From an uncultured Chloroflexia bacterium (GTDB lineage Bacteria; Chloroflexota; UBA6077; JACCZL01): a stretch of 64,000 nucleotides of DNA. Location of the stretch: positions 32,001-96,000 of the forward strand of contig CAVXYC010000001.1 in NCBI GenBank assembly GCA_963765765.1, read 5' to 3'. The notes beneath the pieces were generated by a model, which saw nothing but the letters and a program-made list of their open reading frames with translations, searched no databases and was not told the origin of the DNA. Both the position numbers and the translations under genes were made by a program. Numbering within the stretch: the stretch's first letter is position 1; every line of letters begins with the position of its first letter. Positions 21,626 through 31,607 of the stretch are shown piece by piece.

Positions 21626-22918
21626 CTACGCAGGTACGATGATGCGGTCGCGCGCCAGGTCGATGACCCTGTCCAATGGGGCATCGTGGTCCACAAGGAT
21701 GGATGCCGAGCGCACTCGATATGCGCCGCCGTGACCGGGCGCCATTGGCTCATGTCCCTCCTGTAGGTCCCTCGCCAATTTGAGGAGCAGGCGGCGGAAG
21801 CCGATGATGGCCGTGTCCGATGTGCCCAGGTGCTCCTTGCTCCTGTCCACAATAGTGCCCATGGTCTCTTGTACGGCGCGATCTTCCGTCCCACTACCGA
21901 CAATGCCGGTGTAGGTCTGGGTGCGCTGCATCTCGCGATCGATCAGGTAGTCGTTGGCTTTGTTCCGAACCGGCTTGTAGCCAGGCTCGTTGTCCGCGAC
22001 GCCCTTGTGCCACATCCACCACTCGGTCTCTTCCTGCCTCAGTGGGCGATCGGGACTCCAGCTCACCGTATACGTCCAGCAATTTTCATCGTCGATCGGT
22101 ACCCAGGCATGTCCGGCATACGGCTCGCCGGGCTCAATGTGCGAGGGGATCGTGGTGTAGAAAGGTAAATACATTGGCGTGAGTCGCCAATAAAAGCCCT
22201 GATCCGGAATTGTGCGCCGAGCGCCAATGAAGAACCCGAACTCAGTGTGCGTGAACATGAACTTCGGGGATTTGTCGGCCGCCATGAGTCGGCCCTCAGC
22301 AGGCGCGCCCTTGATCCATGGCTGGGTGTGCTTCGCCCGCGCCTCGGGGTCCAACCAGCGATGCAGAAACGAGGCGTGGCTCGAGTCGATGCCACCCTCA
22401 ACGGCCTGGGCCCAGTTGCTTTCCTGGTAGTTCTTCCCAATGTAGCGATGGTTCTCCGGCACCAGCGCCCATTCCAGGTCTGGTAGCTCCGGCCGTCGCT
22501 CGCGCGGGCCCATGTAGGTCCAGATCACTCCACCGCGCTCTTCGCATGGATAGGCCGTGACCTTGACCTTGTGCTTGAAGTTGGATTCAGGCGGCTCGTT
22601 GGGCATGTCCACGCACGCGCCCGACGTGTCGAACTTCCAGCCGTGGTAGACACAGCGCAGACCTTCTTCTTCGTTACGGCCGAAGAAGAGCGAGGCGCCT
22701 CGGTGAGGACAGTTCTCAGCCACCAGGCCGACTGCGCCAGCGGAATCGCGATACGCGACGAGATTCTCACTCAGAAGGCGAACTCGCAGCGGCGCGCCAT
22801 CTCGCTCGGGAAGTTCTTCCGAGAGCGCAGCGGGGATCCAGAAGCGCCGCATGAGCTCGCCCATCGGCGTACCCGGTCCTACTCGGCTCAGCAGCTCACT
22901 ATCTTCTCGGCTCAGCAT
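21626..22918 (-). CDS. Rieske non-heme iron oxygenase alpha subunit (phthalate 4,5-dioxygenase/LigXa-like)
   Basis: VGPGTPMG, CPHRG...CVYHGW Rieske motif, DSSHASFLH and EDRAVQE iron ligands, EHLGTSD. Confidence 0.93.
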   Translation of the reverse strand: MLSREDSELLSRVGPGTPMGELMRRFWIPAALSEELPERDGAPLRVRLLSENLVAYRDSAGAVGLVAENCPHRGASLFFGRNEEEGLRCVYHGWKFDTSGACVDMPNEPPESNFKHKVKVTAYPCEERGGVIWTYMGPRERRPELPDLEWALVPENHRYIGKNYQESNWAQAVEGGIDSSHASFLHRWLDPEARAKHTQPWIKGAPAEGRLMAADKSPKFMFTHTEFGFFIGARRTIPDQGFYWRLTPMYLPFYTTIPSHIEPGEPYAGHAWVPIDDENCWTYTVSWSPDRPLRQEETEWWMWHKGVADNEPGYKPVRNKANDYLIDREMQRTQTYTGIVGSGTEDRAVQETMGTIVDRSKEHLGTSDTAIIGFRRLLLKLARDLQEGHEPMAPGHGGAYRVRSASILVDHDAPLDRVIDLARDRIIVPA

Positions 22919-23214
22919 GGTTCCTCCCGATTGGCGCTTGTGTCAGCCCGTTCAAACTATGAAGGCAGTATAGGGACCGCCCGGTGAGTCAGCAATCGAG
23001 GCGCAGACGCCGTCTTCATGCAACGCAGCGGGTGAGGGTAGCACGGGCCCTTGTGGCCTGTGCCTGAAACGACCATCCAACGGATGAGGAATGGATCCGT
23101 GGACGCATCAGCACCCGTCCCAGGCACAGGCCACAAAGGCCCGTGCTACGGGAGTCGTCCGTGCCCGTTCCGCTTCTGAACGCCAACGCCAAGACGCAAT
23201 ACGATGTGCGAAGA

Positions 23215-24012
23215 CTACTTCCACGTCCACGGCTGACAGATTTCGTGCACGAAGCCGGCGGGGTCGCGGAAGTACGCCCGGGCGCGGGCGCCGTCCTCCA
23301 GTCCGCGAGTCTCGGTGATGAACTGAGCTCCTCGAGCCTCCATGGCAGCACGGGCCGCCGGCACGTCCGCCACTTCGAAGCCCAGTACCAGGCCGCCTGT
23401 GACCTCGGCATGCGGGCTCCGCGCTCCAAACAGCTCCAGCGCTTCACCGCTGGGCAGCAGGAAATGAGCGAAGTCGCGCTCGGGATTGAGTCGGTAGGTC
23501 TCGAGGCCAAGCGTCTTTCCAAAGAACTCAACAGAGGCGCCATAGTCACGCGGTCGGATAGCCGCCCAGGGGAAACCATCGACGCGAGCGGCGATGCGCT
23601 CCGGGGGCGGATCAGCACCTTCGGGGACCGCGCCAGGCGCGCGGCGCCACTGCCATGGCTCCGAGATCTCGTAGAGATAGCCATCAGGATCGCTGAAGAA
23701 CGTCCAGACGCGGCCGCCCGGGGCTCCGAGGATGTCGGTCGTGAACTCCACGCCCTTCGATTCGAGCTCTGCCCGGGCTTCTCTTACGTTCTCCACGTCA
23801 AACGAGATCACGGGCCATTGCCAGCGGCGGGGATTCCCGTGCCCTGGACCGAAAATCTCGAACCCCTGCCCGGTTGGAAGCACCCAGATGGCGAGGTCTC
23901 GGCTTGCGTCCAGCTTGATCAGCCGCATGCCAAGGATCTCAGTGAAGAACTCGAGTGCGGGCTGAAATGCCGGCACTTGCATGCCGCACCAGGAGTAGCG
24001 AAGGAGGGTCAT
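23215..24012 (-). CDS. VOC/glyoxalase protein with two tandem domains
   Basis: Internal repeat: EFFTEILG..FDVENV..FSDPDGYLYEI versus EFFGKTLG..FEVADV..FRDPAGFVHEI. Confidence 0.88.
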   Translation of the reverse strand: MTLLRYSWCGMQVPAFQPALEFFTEILGMRLIKLDASRDLAIWVLPTGQGFEIFGPGHGNPRRWQWPVISFDVENVREARAELESKGVEFTTDILGAPGGRVWTFFSDPDGYLYEISEPWQWRRAPGAVPEGADPPPERIAARVDGFPWAAIRPRDYGASVEFFGKTLGLETYRLNPERDFAHFLLPSGEALELFGARSPHAEVTGGLVLGFEVADVPAARAAMEARGAQFITETRGLEDGARARAYFRDPAGFVHEICQPWTWK

Positions 24013-24536
24013 GAGGATTTCTCGGACGCCTTAATCTCCTTCGCCACAGGAAAGATGTTCTTCCGCGGCGAATCCGCGCGCTTGTAGACCATGATGGTGC
24101 GCTTGAACTCGATCACGGTGGTACCGTCCTGCTTGAGACCACGGGTCTTGATGAACAGGATGCCAACGTTCGGGCGCGACTTCGATTCGCGCTTGTCTAA
24201 CACCTCTGTTTCCGAATAGAGCGTGTCGCCCGGATAGACGGGGGCGGGAAGGCGAACCTCGTCCCAGCCTAAGTTCGCGAAGGCGTTCTCGCTCACGTCG
24301 ATCACACTCATTCCCGTGACCAGCGCCAGCGTAAAGGCACTATTCACCAGCGTCTTCTCGTGCCCCATCTGCCTGGCGTATTCCACGTTGAAGTGGCTGG
24401 CGTTGGTATTCAGCGTCAGGTTGGTGAACCAGGCGTTATCCGTCTCGGTGACAGTTCGTCCGTACGGATGCTTGTAGATGTCGCCGACTTCGAAATCCTC
24501 GAAGTAGCGGCCCTCCCAGCCGGTCTTTATTGACAC
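24009..24536 (-). CDS. MaoC family dehydratase
   Basis: GRYFEDFEVGDIYKH..RTVTETDN..ANLGWDEV..PVYPGDTLY..RESKSRP. Confidence 0.92.
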   Translation of the reverse strand: MSIKTGWEGRYFEDFEVGDIYKHPYGRTVTETDNAWFTNLTLNTNASHFNVEYARQMGHEKTLVNSAFTLALVTGMSVIDVSENAFANLGWDEVRLPAPVYPGDTLYSETEVLDKRESKSRPNVGILFIKTRGLKQDGTTVIEFKRTIMVYKRADSPRKNIFPVAKEIKASEKSS

Positions 24537-24614
24537 GATAACTCTCCGTGATCAGTTGCAGGCAGCATACCCGACATCAGATCCGCGGAGGCTGTCGGGA
24601 GCTGTTGCCTGAAG

Positions 24615-25130
24615 CTAGCGGAGATGCGCCGCGCGATGGTCCACCACGTCGAACACGTGAATGCGGAATCGATCGTCCACCACGACGATCTCGCCACGGC
24701 CGACCATCGTTCCATTGATATAGAGGTCGCCCGGCTCCCCAGCCAGCTTGTTCAGATCCACTACAGGTCCAACTCGCAAACCCAGCACATCAGCCACCGT
24801 CAACCGCGTACGGCCCAGCTCGAGACATACCTGAATCGCGACGTCGCCGAGCATGTCCAGCGGTGAGCTCCCGACGTCCGCGCTGCCGGCACCAAGGGTT
24901 GGAATTGAACCGGCGCAACCTCTAGGACGGGCGCAGTGAACTGGCCAAGCTCATCGGCCTGTGCGTCACCGATGTCCATGTTGGGGTAGAAAGTCGTAGT
25001 GTTTGATGGGCTTGTGGCGCTCCGCGGAATCTGACGCGGCGGCCACTTGGACCGATGGAGATTCCGCCTCACCGGGGGCCGAGGCGAATAACGATTCGAT
25101 CTCGTCCTGTGAAAGCGTCCGATCTGCCAT
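24615..25130 (-). CDS. fliN: Orphan flagellar switch-like protein: FliM/FliY-type CheY-binding N-terminus plus FliN C-terminal domain (two frameshifts)
   Basis: MADRTLSQDEIESLF...KPIKHYDF, then VAPVQFQPL, then ELGRTRLTVADVLGL..GPVVDLNKLAGEP.DLYING..GRGEIVVVDDRF. Confidence 0.8.
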
Positions 25131-25311
25131 CAACAATTCCTTACTATGGTTGCAAGCTCGATCTGCGACCCCTCACATCGGCCCGGGGCTCGCTCCAGTG
25201 ACGGTAACGCCACAGCGCCAGCGTTGGTGAGTACCAGGCTGGGTCCATGAGCTGAGTCACCCGTACCGCGCTCGAAGGTACGCGTGTACCGAATGGATGA
25301 GGTTGGTATTG

Positions 25312-26082
25312 ATGTTCACTGGTGATTCGATTGATCGAATCCTTCCCACGCTTCGACCGACCCGACCGCTGGTGGGTCGTCAGCGCTGGCGCCGCTTGCT
25401 GTTTGCACACTGGACGGTGGACCCCGACGCACTGCGCAAGGTCGTCCCCAGGGAGCTGGAGCTGGATACCTTCCGGGGGCAGGCGTATGTGGGTATCGTC
25501 CCGTTCGAGATGCGCGCCATCCGAGGTGCTCGCACGCCGGCTGCGCTAGGCTTGAACTTCCTGGAGACCAACCTGCGTACGTACGTTCACCTGGATGGCC
25601 GCCATCCGGGCGTGTACTTCTTGTCGCTGGACGCGTCATCTCGTACCGCCGTAGCAGTGGCTCGTCATCAGTCCGGCCTTCCTTATTACCTGGCCCGCAT
25701 GTCGCTGGCCGACGAAGCTGGGGAAACGACGGCACGCTTGAGACGTATGACGACCTCTGCCCCGCGACTTCACATCCGCTACCAGGTCGGCGACTGGCTC
25801 GGGCCCTCACAACTGGGCACACTGCAGCATTTCCTACTCGAGAGATACCTCCTGCACGTCATGAGGCGTGGTGAGGTCTGGACGAAGCAGGTACATCACC
25901 AGCCATATCCCGCACGATGTGCCGCGGTACTGGAAGTGCGTGAGGAGCTATTCCGCGCCGCGGGACTGCCCGCGGCAGAAGGACTGCCAACCATCGCGCA
26001 CTATGCTGAAGGTGTGGACGTGGAAATCTTTGGTCCGTGGCGAAAGAACACTGGGGAGCATCCTGAAATGATCGCGCCGTGA
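25312..26082 (+). CDS. YqjF/DUF2071 family protein
   Basis: QRWRRLLFAHW, FLETNLRTYV, GVYFLSLDA, FLLERY. Confidence 0.9.
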   Translation: MFTGDSIDRILPTLRPTRPLVGRQRWRRLLFAHWTVDPDALRKVVPRELELDTFRGQAYVGIVPFEMRAIRGARTPAALGLNFLETNLRTYVHLDGRHPGVYFLSLDASSRTAVAVARHQSGLPYYLARMSLADEAGETTARLRRMTTSAPRLHIRYQVGDWLGPSQLGTLQHFLLERYLLHVMRRGEVWTKQVHHQPYPARCAAVLEVREELFRAAGLPAAEGLPTIAHYAEGVDVEIFGPWRKNTGEHPEMIAP

Positions 26083-26531
26083 AGCTGGCGGTGAGCGCGG
26101 ATGAGCGCACGCACTTGGTTGACGCTGTGCTATCGGAGCTGGAGGCTCGCGGCCATGAAGCAACGTACCTTGGACCGCCTGAGGGGGAAGAGCGCGATTG
26201 GCCGGAAGTGAGCGCTGCCGCGGCTGAGCTCGTCGTCAATGGTCAGGTAGACCAGGCCATCGTCATGTGCTGGACCGGCACGGGCGCAACCCTTGCGGCC
26301 AACAAGGTCCCGGGTGCTCGGGCAGCGCTCTGTCACGATGCAGAGACGGCTCGCGGCGCTCGCACCTGGAACGATGCCAATATCCTCGGGCTCAGTATGC
26401 GGTCCACATCCGAGCCGGTTGCAAAAGAGATCCTCGAAGCGTGGTTCAACACATCCTCGGGCACAGATGAATGGAATCAACGGCAGCTCCAGCACATCCG
26501 TGAGCTGGACGAGCGTTATCGTTCGCAATAG
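26079..26531 (+). CDS. rpiB: RpiB/LacA/LacB family sugar-phosphate isomerase
   Basis: CWTGTGATLAANKVPGARAALC..AR..NDANIL. Confidence 0.85.
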   Translation: MKLAVSADERTHLVDAVLSELEARGHEATYLGPPEGEERDWPEVSAAAAELVVNGQVDQAIVMCWTGTGATLAANKVPGARAALCHDAETARGARTWNDANILGLSMRSTSEPVAKEILEAWFNTSSGTDEWNQRQLQHIRELDERYRSQ

Positions 26532-26624
26532 CAGAGCCGCATCCCGTGAGGGTGCGGTTCCTCTCGCGATATCGGTTCCAGCGTGCTTCGTGGGGGAGCC
26601 GCACCCTCACGGGATGCGGCTCTG
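26532..26624. repeat. REP-like palindrome pair in inverted orientation
   Basis: CAGAGCCGCATCCCGTGAGGGTGCGGTTCC and its reverse complement at 26595-26624 (1 mismatch in 30). Confidence 0.85.
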
Positions 26625-26710
26625 GCTCGTTGCGGATCGTTTGCCAGAGACGAGTGCGGCCTGATGACAATGCCCCGTGGGACCCAGGATGGTCCGAACG
26701 GGAGGCCAGC

Positions 26711-26992
26711 GTGGCTACGTTCATTTTGTTGAGCACGCTCACCGATGATGGCGCCAAGACGATCCAGAAGAACCCGGGTCGCATTCGTGAAGTCAATCAG
26801 GAGCTGGAATCCATGGGCGTTCGCGTGTTGAGCCAATGGGCCACCATGGGCCCATATGACTTCGTCAATGTCGTGGAAGCGCAGGACAACGTCACGATGG
26901 CGCGCGTTTCTGCCATTCTGACTTCGCGTGGAACGATTCGTGTGATGACCATGCCTGCAATTCAGATCGACGATTTCATCGGATCGCCGTAA
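26711..26992 (+). CDS. GYD domain protein
   Basis: GTG after GGAGG; FILLSTLTDDGAKTI...ATMGPYDFV. Confidence 0.88.
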   Translation: MATFILLSTLTDDGAKTIQKNPGRIREVNQELESMGVRVLSQWATMGPYDFVNVVEAQDNVTMARVSAILTSRGTIRVMTMPAIQIDDFIGSP

Positions 26993-27147
26993 CTCCCGAC
27001 GACAGAGTACCGATGGTGGAGCCGGCGTAGACATTCAGGGGCCGCCCCGATTCTGGCACTCCGTAATCTCAACGCCTATCCTTGATTTGATGGGAAGCGA
27101 GCTGCCAATCTCGCGTCCCACACTTCACTCATTGGAGCTCGTCTCGC

Positions 27148-27918
27148 ATGCATCCCGCTGTGGCGTCCCTGTACGCGGGCGCACTGCAGTTCGCCGTTGG
27201 ACTCTTTATCGCCAACTGGCTCACCGATCTTCGCGGTGACGTAACAGCAGGATTTCTCCGCATCAACGCGATCACCGCGCTCTTTGGCGCGCTGGTGGCA
27301 CTGATGGTCGGTGGCAGCGTTGTGGGTCCTGAACGAACACTGGTGCAGGCCTTTGCGCTCGTCTCGGTGATCGTCTTCGTGCAGACCTGGCTGCGCAGAG
27401 GACGGGCTCGCCTGGTCTTGGGCGGTGTGCTGGCAACGATTGGCGTTGCCGCGCTTCTATTCAGCGCCGTCGATCGTCCAAGTCCGGTACTCGGCCCAGG
27501 TTGGACGTTGGTAGCCTCAATCATGAGCGCTCTGGCGCTGGGTGGGTCCATGAGTGCGTTGATCCTCGGACACTGGTATCTCGTGACGCCGCGTCTCACG
27601 TCGCGTCCGCTTAAGCTCCTATGCGACGTCACGATCATCTCGCTGGTGGTGCTGACCGGCTTTGCCACCTGGTATGTGGCGATGCATCCCGAGACCATCG
27701 TGCTGGGGCCGCGCGATCCGGTCCTGCTCTGGATCGGTCTTCTCGCCATCGGGGTGTTTCCGATTGGGGTGACCATCGCCGCGCGCCTCTGCTGCATCGA
27801 GTGGCCGCGCGGTCGTGCCCTGCAGGCGGCGACCGGTCTGCTTTACGTGGTTGCAACGCTGGTGCTTGCCGGAGCGCTGGCAGGGAACATGGTGGTGCTG
27901 GGCGGGACGACGGGTTAG
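27148..27918 (+). CDS. Hypothetical integral membrane protein
   Basis: About 8 TM helices; ILGHWYLVTP and QAATGLLY motifs. Confidence 0.7.
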   Translation: MHPAVASLYAGALQFAVGLFIANWLTDLRGDVTAGFLRINAITALFGALVALMVGGSVVGPERTLVQAFALVSVIVFVQTWLRRGRARLVLGGVLATIGVAALLFSAVDRPSPVLGPGWTLVASIMSALALGGSMSALILGHWYLVTPRLTSRPLKLLCDVTIISLVVLTGFATWYVAMHPETIVLGPRDPVLLWIGLLAIGVFPIGVTIAARLCCIEWPRGRALQAATGLLYVVATLVLAGALAGNMVVLGGTTG

Positions 27919-27927
27919 GGCCCTAGC

Positions 27928-28266
27928 TCACCCAGCGGCCAGATACCACACGCCAAATCCGGCAGCGCCAATGAGGAGCAGGTTATTGCTGCGGCGCCAG
28001 CTATAGAGCAGCGTCCGCGCCCAGCGATCTCCGAGCTCTTCGTGACCAACTTCCGGGGGGTCCTTGGGCACGTGCGCGAAGTGGCGACGTGCCCAGAATT
28101 CGGCGCCGTGTGAGACAACCGTAAACGTGCACCAGAGAATGAGCGCGGTGCCACGGCCCACCACCTCAGCCAGGATGACAGTGAGTAGGAGGATGATGAA
28201 GAGCTGAAACTCGAAGAAAAAGACCACTGAAACTCCGCTGAAGGCGGCACGGAGCCGCCCGGCCAT
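27928..28266 (-). CDS. Small hypothetical membrane protein
   Basis: 112 aa with about 3 hydrophobic segments; fills the gap between neighbours. Confidence 0.55.
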   Translation of the reverse strand: MAGRLRAAFSGVSVVFFFEFQLFIILLLTVILAEVVGRGTALILWCTFTVVSHGAEFWARRHFAHVPKDPPEVGHEELGDRWARTLLYSWRRSNNLLLIGAAGFGVWYLAAG

Positions 28267-28323
28267 GCTATATCATGAGCCGCCCCGACACGGACTGACT
28301 CACTCACGCGGAGGCCCGGTACC

Positions 28324-28746
28324 ATGGCGGAAATCCACTCGGTTCGTCGACGAGCGATCTTGGGAATCGCCTTGCTAGGCGCGCTATTTCCGCTCGTTGT
28401 TCCGACACGGATCGGCCTGGCAAAAGAATTTGAAATGCAGGGGACGATCGATTGTGGGCTGCTCTCCGGCCAAAATTGCCCAATTCAGGACTTCATGACG
28501 CTGTATACGCCTGCGATAAGCGGTAAGAACGAGCCATACCTCTTCGACATGTCATGGATTCGGGGACAGCTCGAACAGGGACCGCAGCGTCAGGACGATT
28601 TGATCTGTCTTCTAATCGAGGAAGTGCCCGGTGTGGGATATCGCGGCCTAGCCGTCCGCGATCGATGTGAGGACGAGGTTCCCTCGGATAACGAGGAGAA
28701 TGACCGTCGTAAGCGTGAGCAAAAGGACGGCGCCGAGGTTCGCTAG
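28324..28746 (+). CDS. Secreted hypothetical protein with 4 Cys
   Basis: GGAGG RBS; RRRAILG hydrophobic signal peptide; charged C-terminal tail. Confidence 0.7.
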   Translation: MAEIHSVRRRAILGIALLGALFPLVVPTRIGLAKEFEMQGTIDCGLLSGQNCPIQDFMTLYTPAISGKNEPYLFDMSWIRGQLEQGPQRQDDLICLLIEEVPGVGYRGLAVRDRCEDEVPSDNEENDRRKREQKDGAEVR

Positions 28747-28772
28747 TCGCTGCATATCGACTACTGAAGTAC

Positions 28773-28808
28773 GTGCGGTGGCGTCGGCATTTGCCGACGC
28801 CACCGCAC
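28773..28808. terminator. GC-rich hairpin between convergent genes
   Basis: GTGCGGTGGCGTCGGCA-TT-TGCCGACGCCACCGCAC, perfect 17-bp stem; no long U tract. Confidence 0.6.
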
Positions 28809-28816
28809 CCCGGCTT

Positions 28817-31192
28817 CTAACTTTTTGACGCTTCCCGAATCAGCTCCCTAACGCGACGGGGATCTAGTGGCAAGTCAGTAACCGTCACCCCGAGAGGCGA
28901 GAGCGCATCGACCAATGCATTGGCGATAGCTCCGGCGGGCGCGACTGCTCCGCCCTCCCCCATGCCCTTGATCCCGCCCAGCAGCACTGGCGATGGAGAC
29001 TCTAGATGATCGATCTCAACGTGCGGAATCTCCATGGCACCTGGAACGAGATAGTCCAGGAATGACCCGGTCATAAGCTGACCTTGCTCGTCGTAGGCGA
29101 GGTGCTCGTACATGGTGCTGCCGATACCCTGGGCGATTCCGCCATGCACCTGGCCTTCCACGATCATCGGGTTGATCACTGCGCCGCAGTCTTCGGCTAC
29201 CACGTAGCGAAGGATATCGAGCTTGCCCGTTTCAGGATCCACCTCCACCGCCACGGCGTGGCAGGCGTTCGAGAAACCGCCTGTACCGACTCCCGCCGTG
29301 TAGCGCTGGGTCGACTCCAAGCCGGGCTCTTCGCCGGGCGGCAAGCGATCGCACTGGATGATAGATGCGTAGGCAATGTCACGAATAGCGACCGAGCGCT
29401 CAGGCGCCCCCTTCACAGACGCCTGTCCTGCACTCAGCGTAATGTCTTCCGCGCTCGCCTCCAGCCAGTGAGAGGCAATTCGGCGCATCTTGTCCGCCAC
29501 TGCGCGCGAGGCCATGATTGTGGCGCCCCCCGACATGACGGCACTGCGGCTGGCGAACGTGCCAAACCCGTACGGGGACAGATCGGTGTCGCCCTGCATG
29601 ACGGCAATGTCAGCCACATCAATACCAAGCTCATCCGCGGCGATCTGAGCCAGCGTCGTGGCGTGTCCCTGACCATGGGAATGCGTGGCTGCAAACAGCA
29701 GCGCGGTGCCCGATGGATCGAAGCGAATGGCCACTGGCTCGTAACCCATATTCACGGTGCTGCCGCGTTTTCCGTATTCAACGGCGCCATTTCCCGTCTG
29801 CTCCGTGAAGGCGCACAGTCCAATGCCAAGGTAGCGACCCACTTTGCGAGCCTCTGACTGCTCCCGACGGAATCCCTCGTAGTCGAGCGTATCGAGTGCG
29901 GTACGCAAGGCTTCATGGTAGCTGCCGCTGTCGTAAACCATGCCCGTGGCGGATGTGTACGGGAAGTCATGTTCCCGAATGTAGTTCCGACGACGGACCT
30001 CAGCCGGATCCAGATTCAGGCGCCGGGCAATCTCGTCGACCGTGCGTTCCAGGCTGAAGAACGCCGACGTGCGCGCCACGCCGCGATATGGCCCCAGCGG
30101 CGTCTTATTTGTGGCCACAGCGTGAGCCGTATACGCGTAATTCTGGATGCGGTACAGACCGGGCAGTATGGCTGAGGCCATACGCGGCTCAATGGTGCTG
30201 GTCCAGGGCCACACGGAATACGCGCCGGCATCCACAATGATGGTGGCGCGCAATCCGGTGATGACTCCATCGCTAGTGACAGCCGCTTCAACATAGTGCA
30301 CATGGTCACGCGCGTGCGCGCTGGCCACGAAATGCTCACGGCGATCTTCCTGCCAGAGAACGGATGTGCCCAACGCCGTTGCAGCGAAAGCCACAGCCAC
30401 CTCGTCGGGATAGAGATTGCCCTTGATGCCGAAGCCACCCCCCACGTCCGGAGAGATCACACGGATGCGCCGCTCCGGGATTCCCAGACACTCAGACAGG
30501 CCGGTGCGCAGGAGGTGTGGCGTCTGATGTGATGCCCACATCGTCAACTCCTGGCGGGCAGGCTGGTACTCGGCGAGGCAGGCGCGCGTCTCCATGGGAA
30601 TACCCGTGTGCCGCTGAGTGCTGAAGCGATTGGTAACCACTAGGTCAGCGTCGCGGAAGGCTGCTTCCGGCTCACCCGCCCGAAGCTCGCGTGTGATGAA
30701 GACGTTGGACGCGTGTTCGTCGAATAACCGCGAACTAGCTGCGTCCATGGCCCGCTCAACGTCCACCACCGCCGGGAGCTCGTCATAGCTTACGTCCACC
30801 AGCTCGGCGGCATCTTCGGCGATATAGCGAGTGTCGGCCACGACCAACGCCACCGTCTCACCCACGTAGCGAACCTTTTCCTCTGCCAGAACAGGAAAGT
30901 CCGTTTCCATAAAACCGGGGTAATTGGATGTGGCGTGAATTGGAGCGACGTGACCTTTGATGTCGCGCGCCGTGTAGATTGCTCGCACGCCGGGTACCGC
31001 CAGCGCGGCCGAGACATCGATGCTACGCACAATCGCGTGAGCATAGGGACTGCGCACAAACGTTGCGTGGAGGGACGCGACAGCATGCAGGTCGCCCACA
31101 TAGCGGGCTTGGCCGAGCAGAAAGCGCGGATCCTCCACGCGTTTGACGCTGGCGCCGAAGAATTTCGGGATAGCCGAATCAGGGTGCGTCAG
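28817..31192 (-). CDS. Xanthine dehydrogenase/CoxL-like molybdopterin-binding large subunit
   Basis: FFGASVKRVEDPRFL, VGGGFGIK, PYRGVAR, HGQGHAT, FASRS, GQVHGGIAQG, KGMGEGG. Homology extends upstream of the ORF-track start; exact start uncertain. Confidence 0.92.
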   Translation of the reverse strand: MTHPDSAIPKFFGASVKRVEDPRFLLGQARYVGDLHAVASLHATFVRSPYAHAIVRSIDVSAALAVPGVRAIYTARDIKGHVAPIHATSNYPGFMETDFPVLAEEKVRYVGETVALVVADTRYIAEDAAELVDVSYDELPAVVDVERAMDAASSRLFDEHASNVFITRELRAGEPEAAFRDADLVVTNRFSTQRHTGIPMETRACLAEYQPARQELTMWASHQTPHLLRTGLSECLGIPERRIRVISPDVGGGFGIKGNLYPDEVAVAFAATALGTSVLWQEDRREHFVASAHARDHVHYVEAAVTSDGVITGLRATIIVDAGAYSVWPWTSTIEPRMASAILPGLYRIQNYAYTAHAVATNKTPLGPYRGVARTSAFFSLERTVDEIARRLNLDPAEVRRRNYIREHDFPYTSATGMVYDSGSYHEALRTALDTLDYEGFRREQSEARKVGRYLGIGLCAFTEQTGNGAVEYGKRGSTVNMGYEPVAIRFDPSGTALLFAATHSHGQGHATTLAQIAADELGIDVADIAVMQGDTDLSPYGFGTFASRSAVMSGGATIMASRAVADKMRRIASHWLEASAEDITLSAGQASVKGAPERSVAIRDIAYASIIQCDRLPPGEEPGLESTQRYTAGVGTGGFSNACHAVAVEVDPETGKLDILRYVVAEDCGAVINPMIVEGQVHGGIAQGIGSTMYEHLAYDEQGQLMTGSFLDYLVPGAMEIPHVEIDHLESPSPVLLGGIKGMGEGGAVAPAGAIANALVDALSPLGVTVTDLPLDPRRVRELIREASKS

Positions 31193-31429
31193 AGGTCAAT
31201 CCAGGCTACGAGACGTGTCGCGATTGTAGCAGCCGGTGAAACAGCCGATGATCGATTGGGAGTCTAAGAGCAAACGCAATCGCGGCACCGATGGCCTCAC
31301 GATCACGTCACATTTCAGGCGGACACCCAGATGGGCGATCCCAGTAGCCCTTTCGGGCCGTGTGGGATGAGGCATTTCTCCAGATACTTAGCCCGACGAG
31401 TTTGGAGCAACACAAGCGCATACCCTGCC

Positions 31430-31510
31430 TTCGCGAGAAGGGCAAACCGGACGTAAGCTTGGGACGCAAAGCCGTGGGTCTGCCTTAGGTGGCAGCCAGG
31501 CTACGAACGG
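31430..31510 (+). ncRNA. Cyclic di-GMP-I (GEMM-I) riboswitch
   Basis: AAGGGCAAACCGGAC-GTAA-GCTTGGGACGCAAAGCCGTGGGTCT...GGCAGCCAGGCTAC reproduces the GGCAAAC..GNRA..GGGACGCAAAGCC..GGyCU..GRyAGC..GGYUAC consensus, about 100 nt upstream of the sigma gene. Confidence 0.85.
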
Positions 31511-31607
31511 AGGCGCACGGATCGTCAGATCCACTCCAGCAAGGCGGGGACAGTCATCACACCGTGGAGCGGGCCGGGAACTCGCTCCAAAGGGGGAGTA
31601 CTGATCC

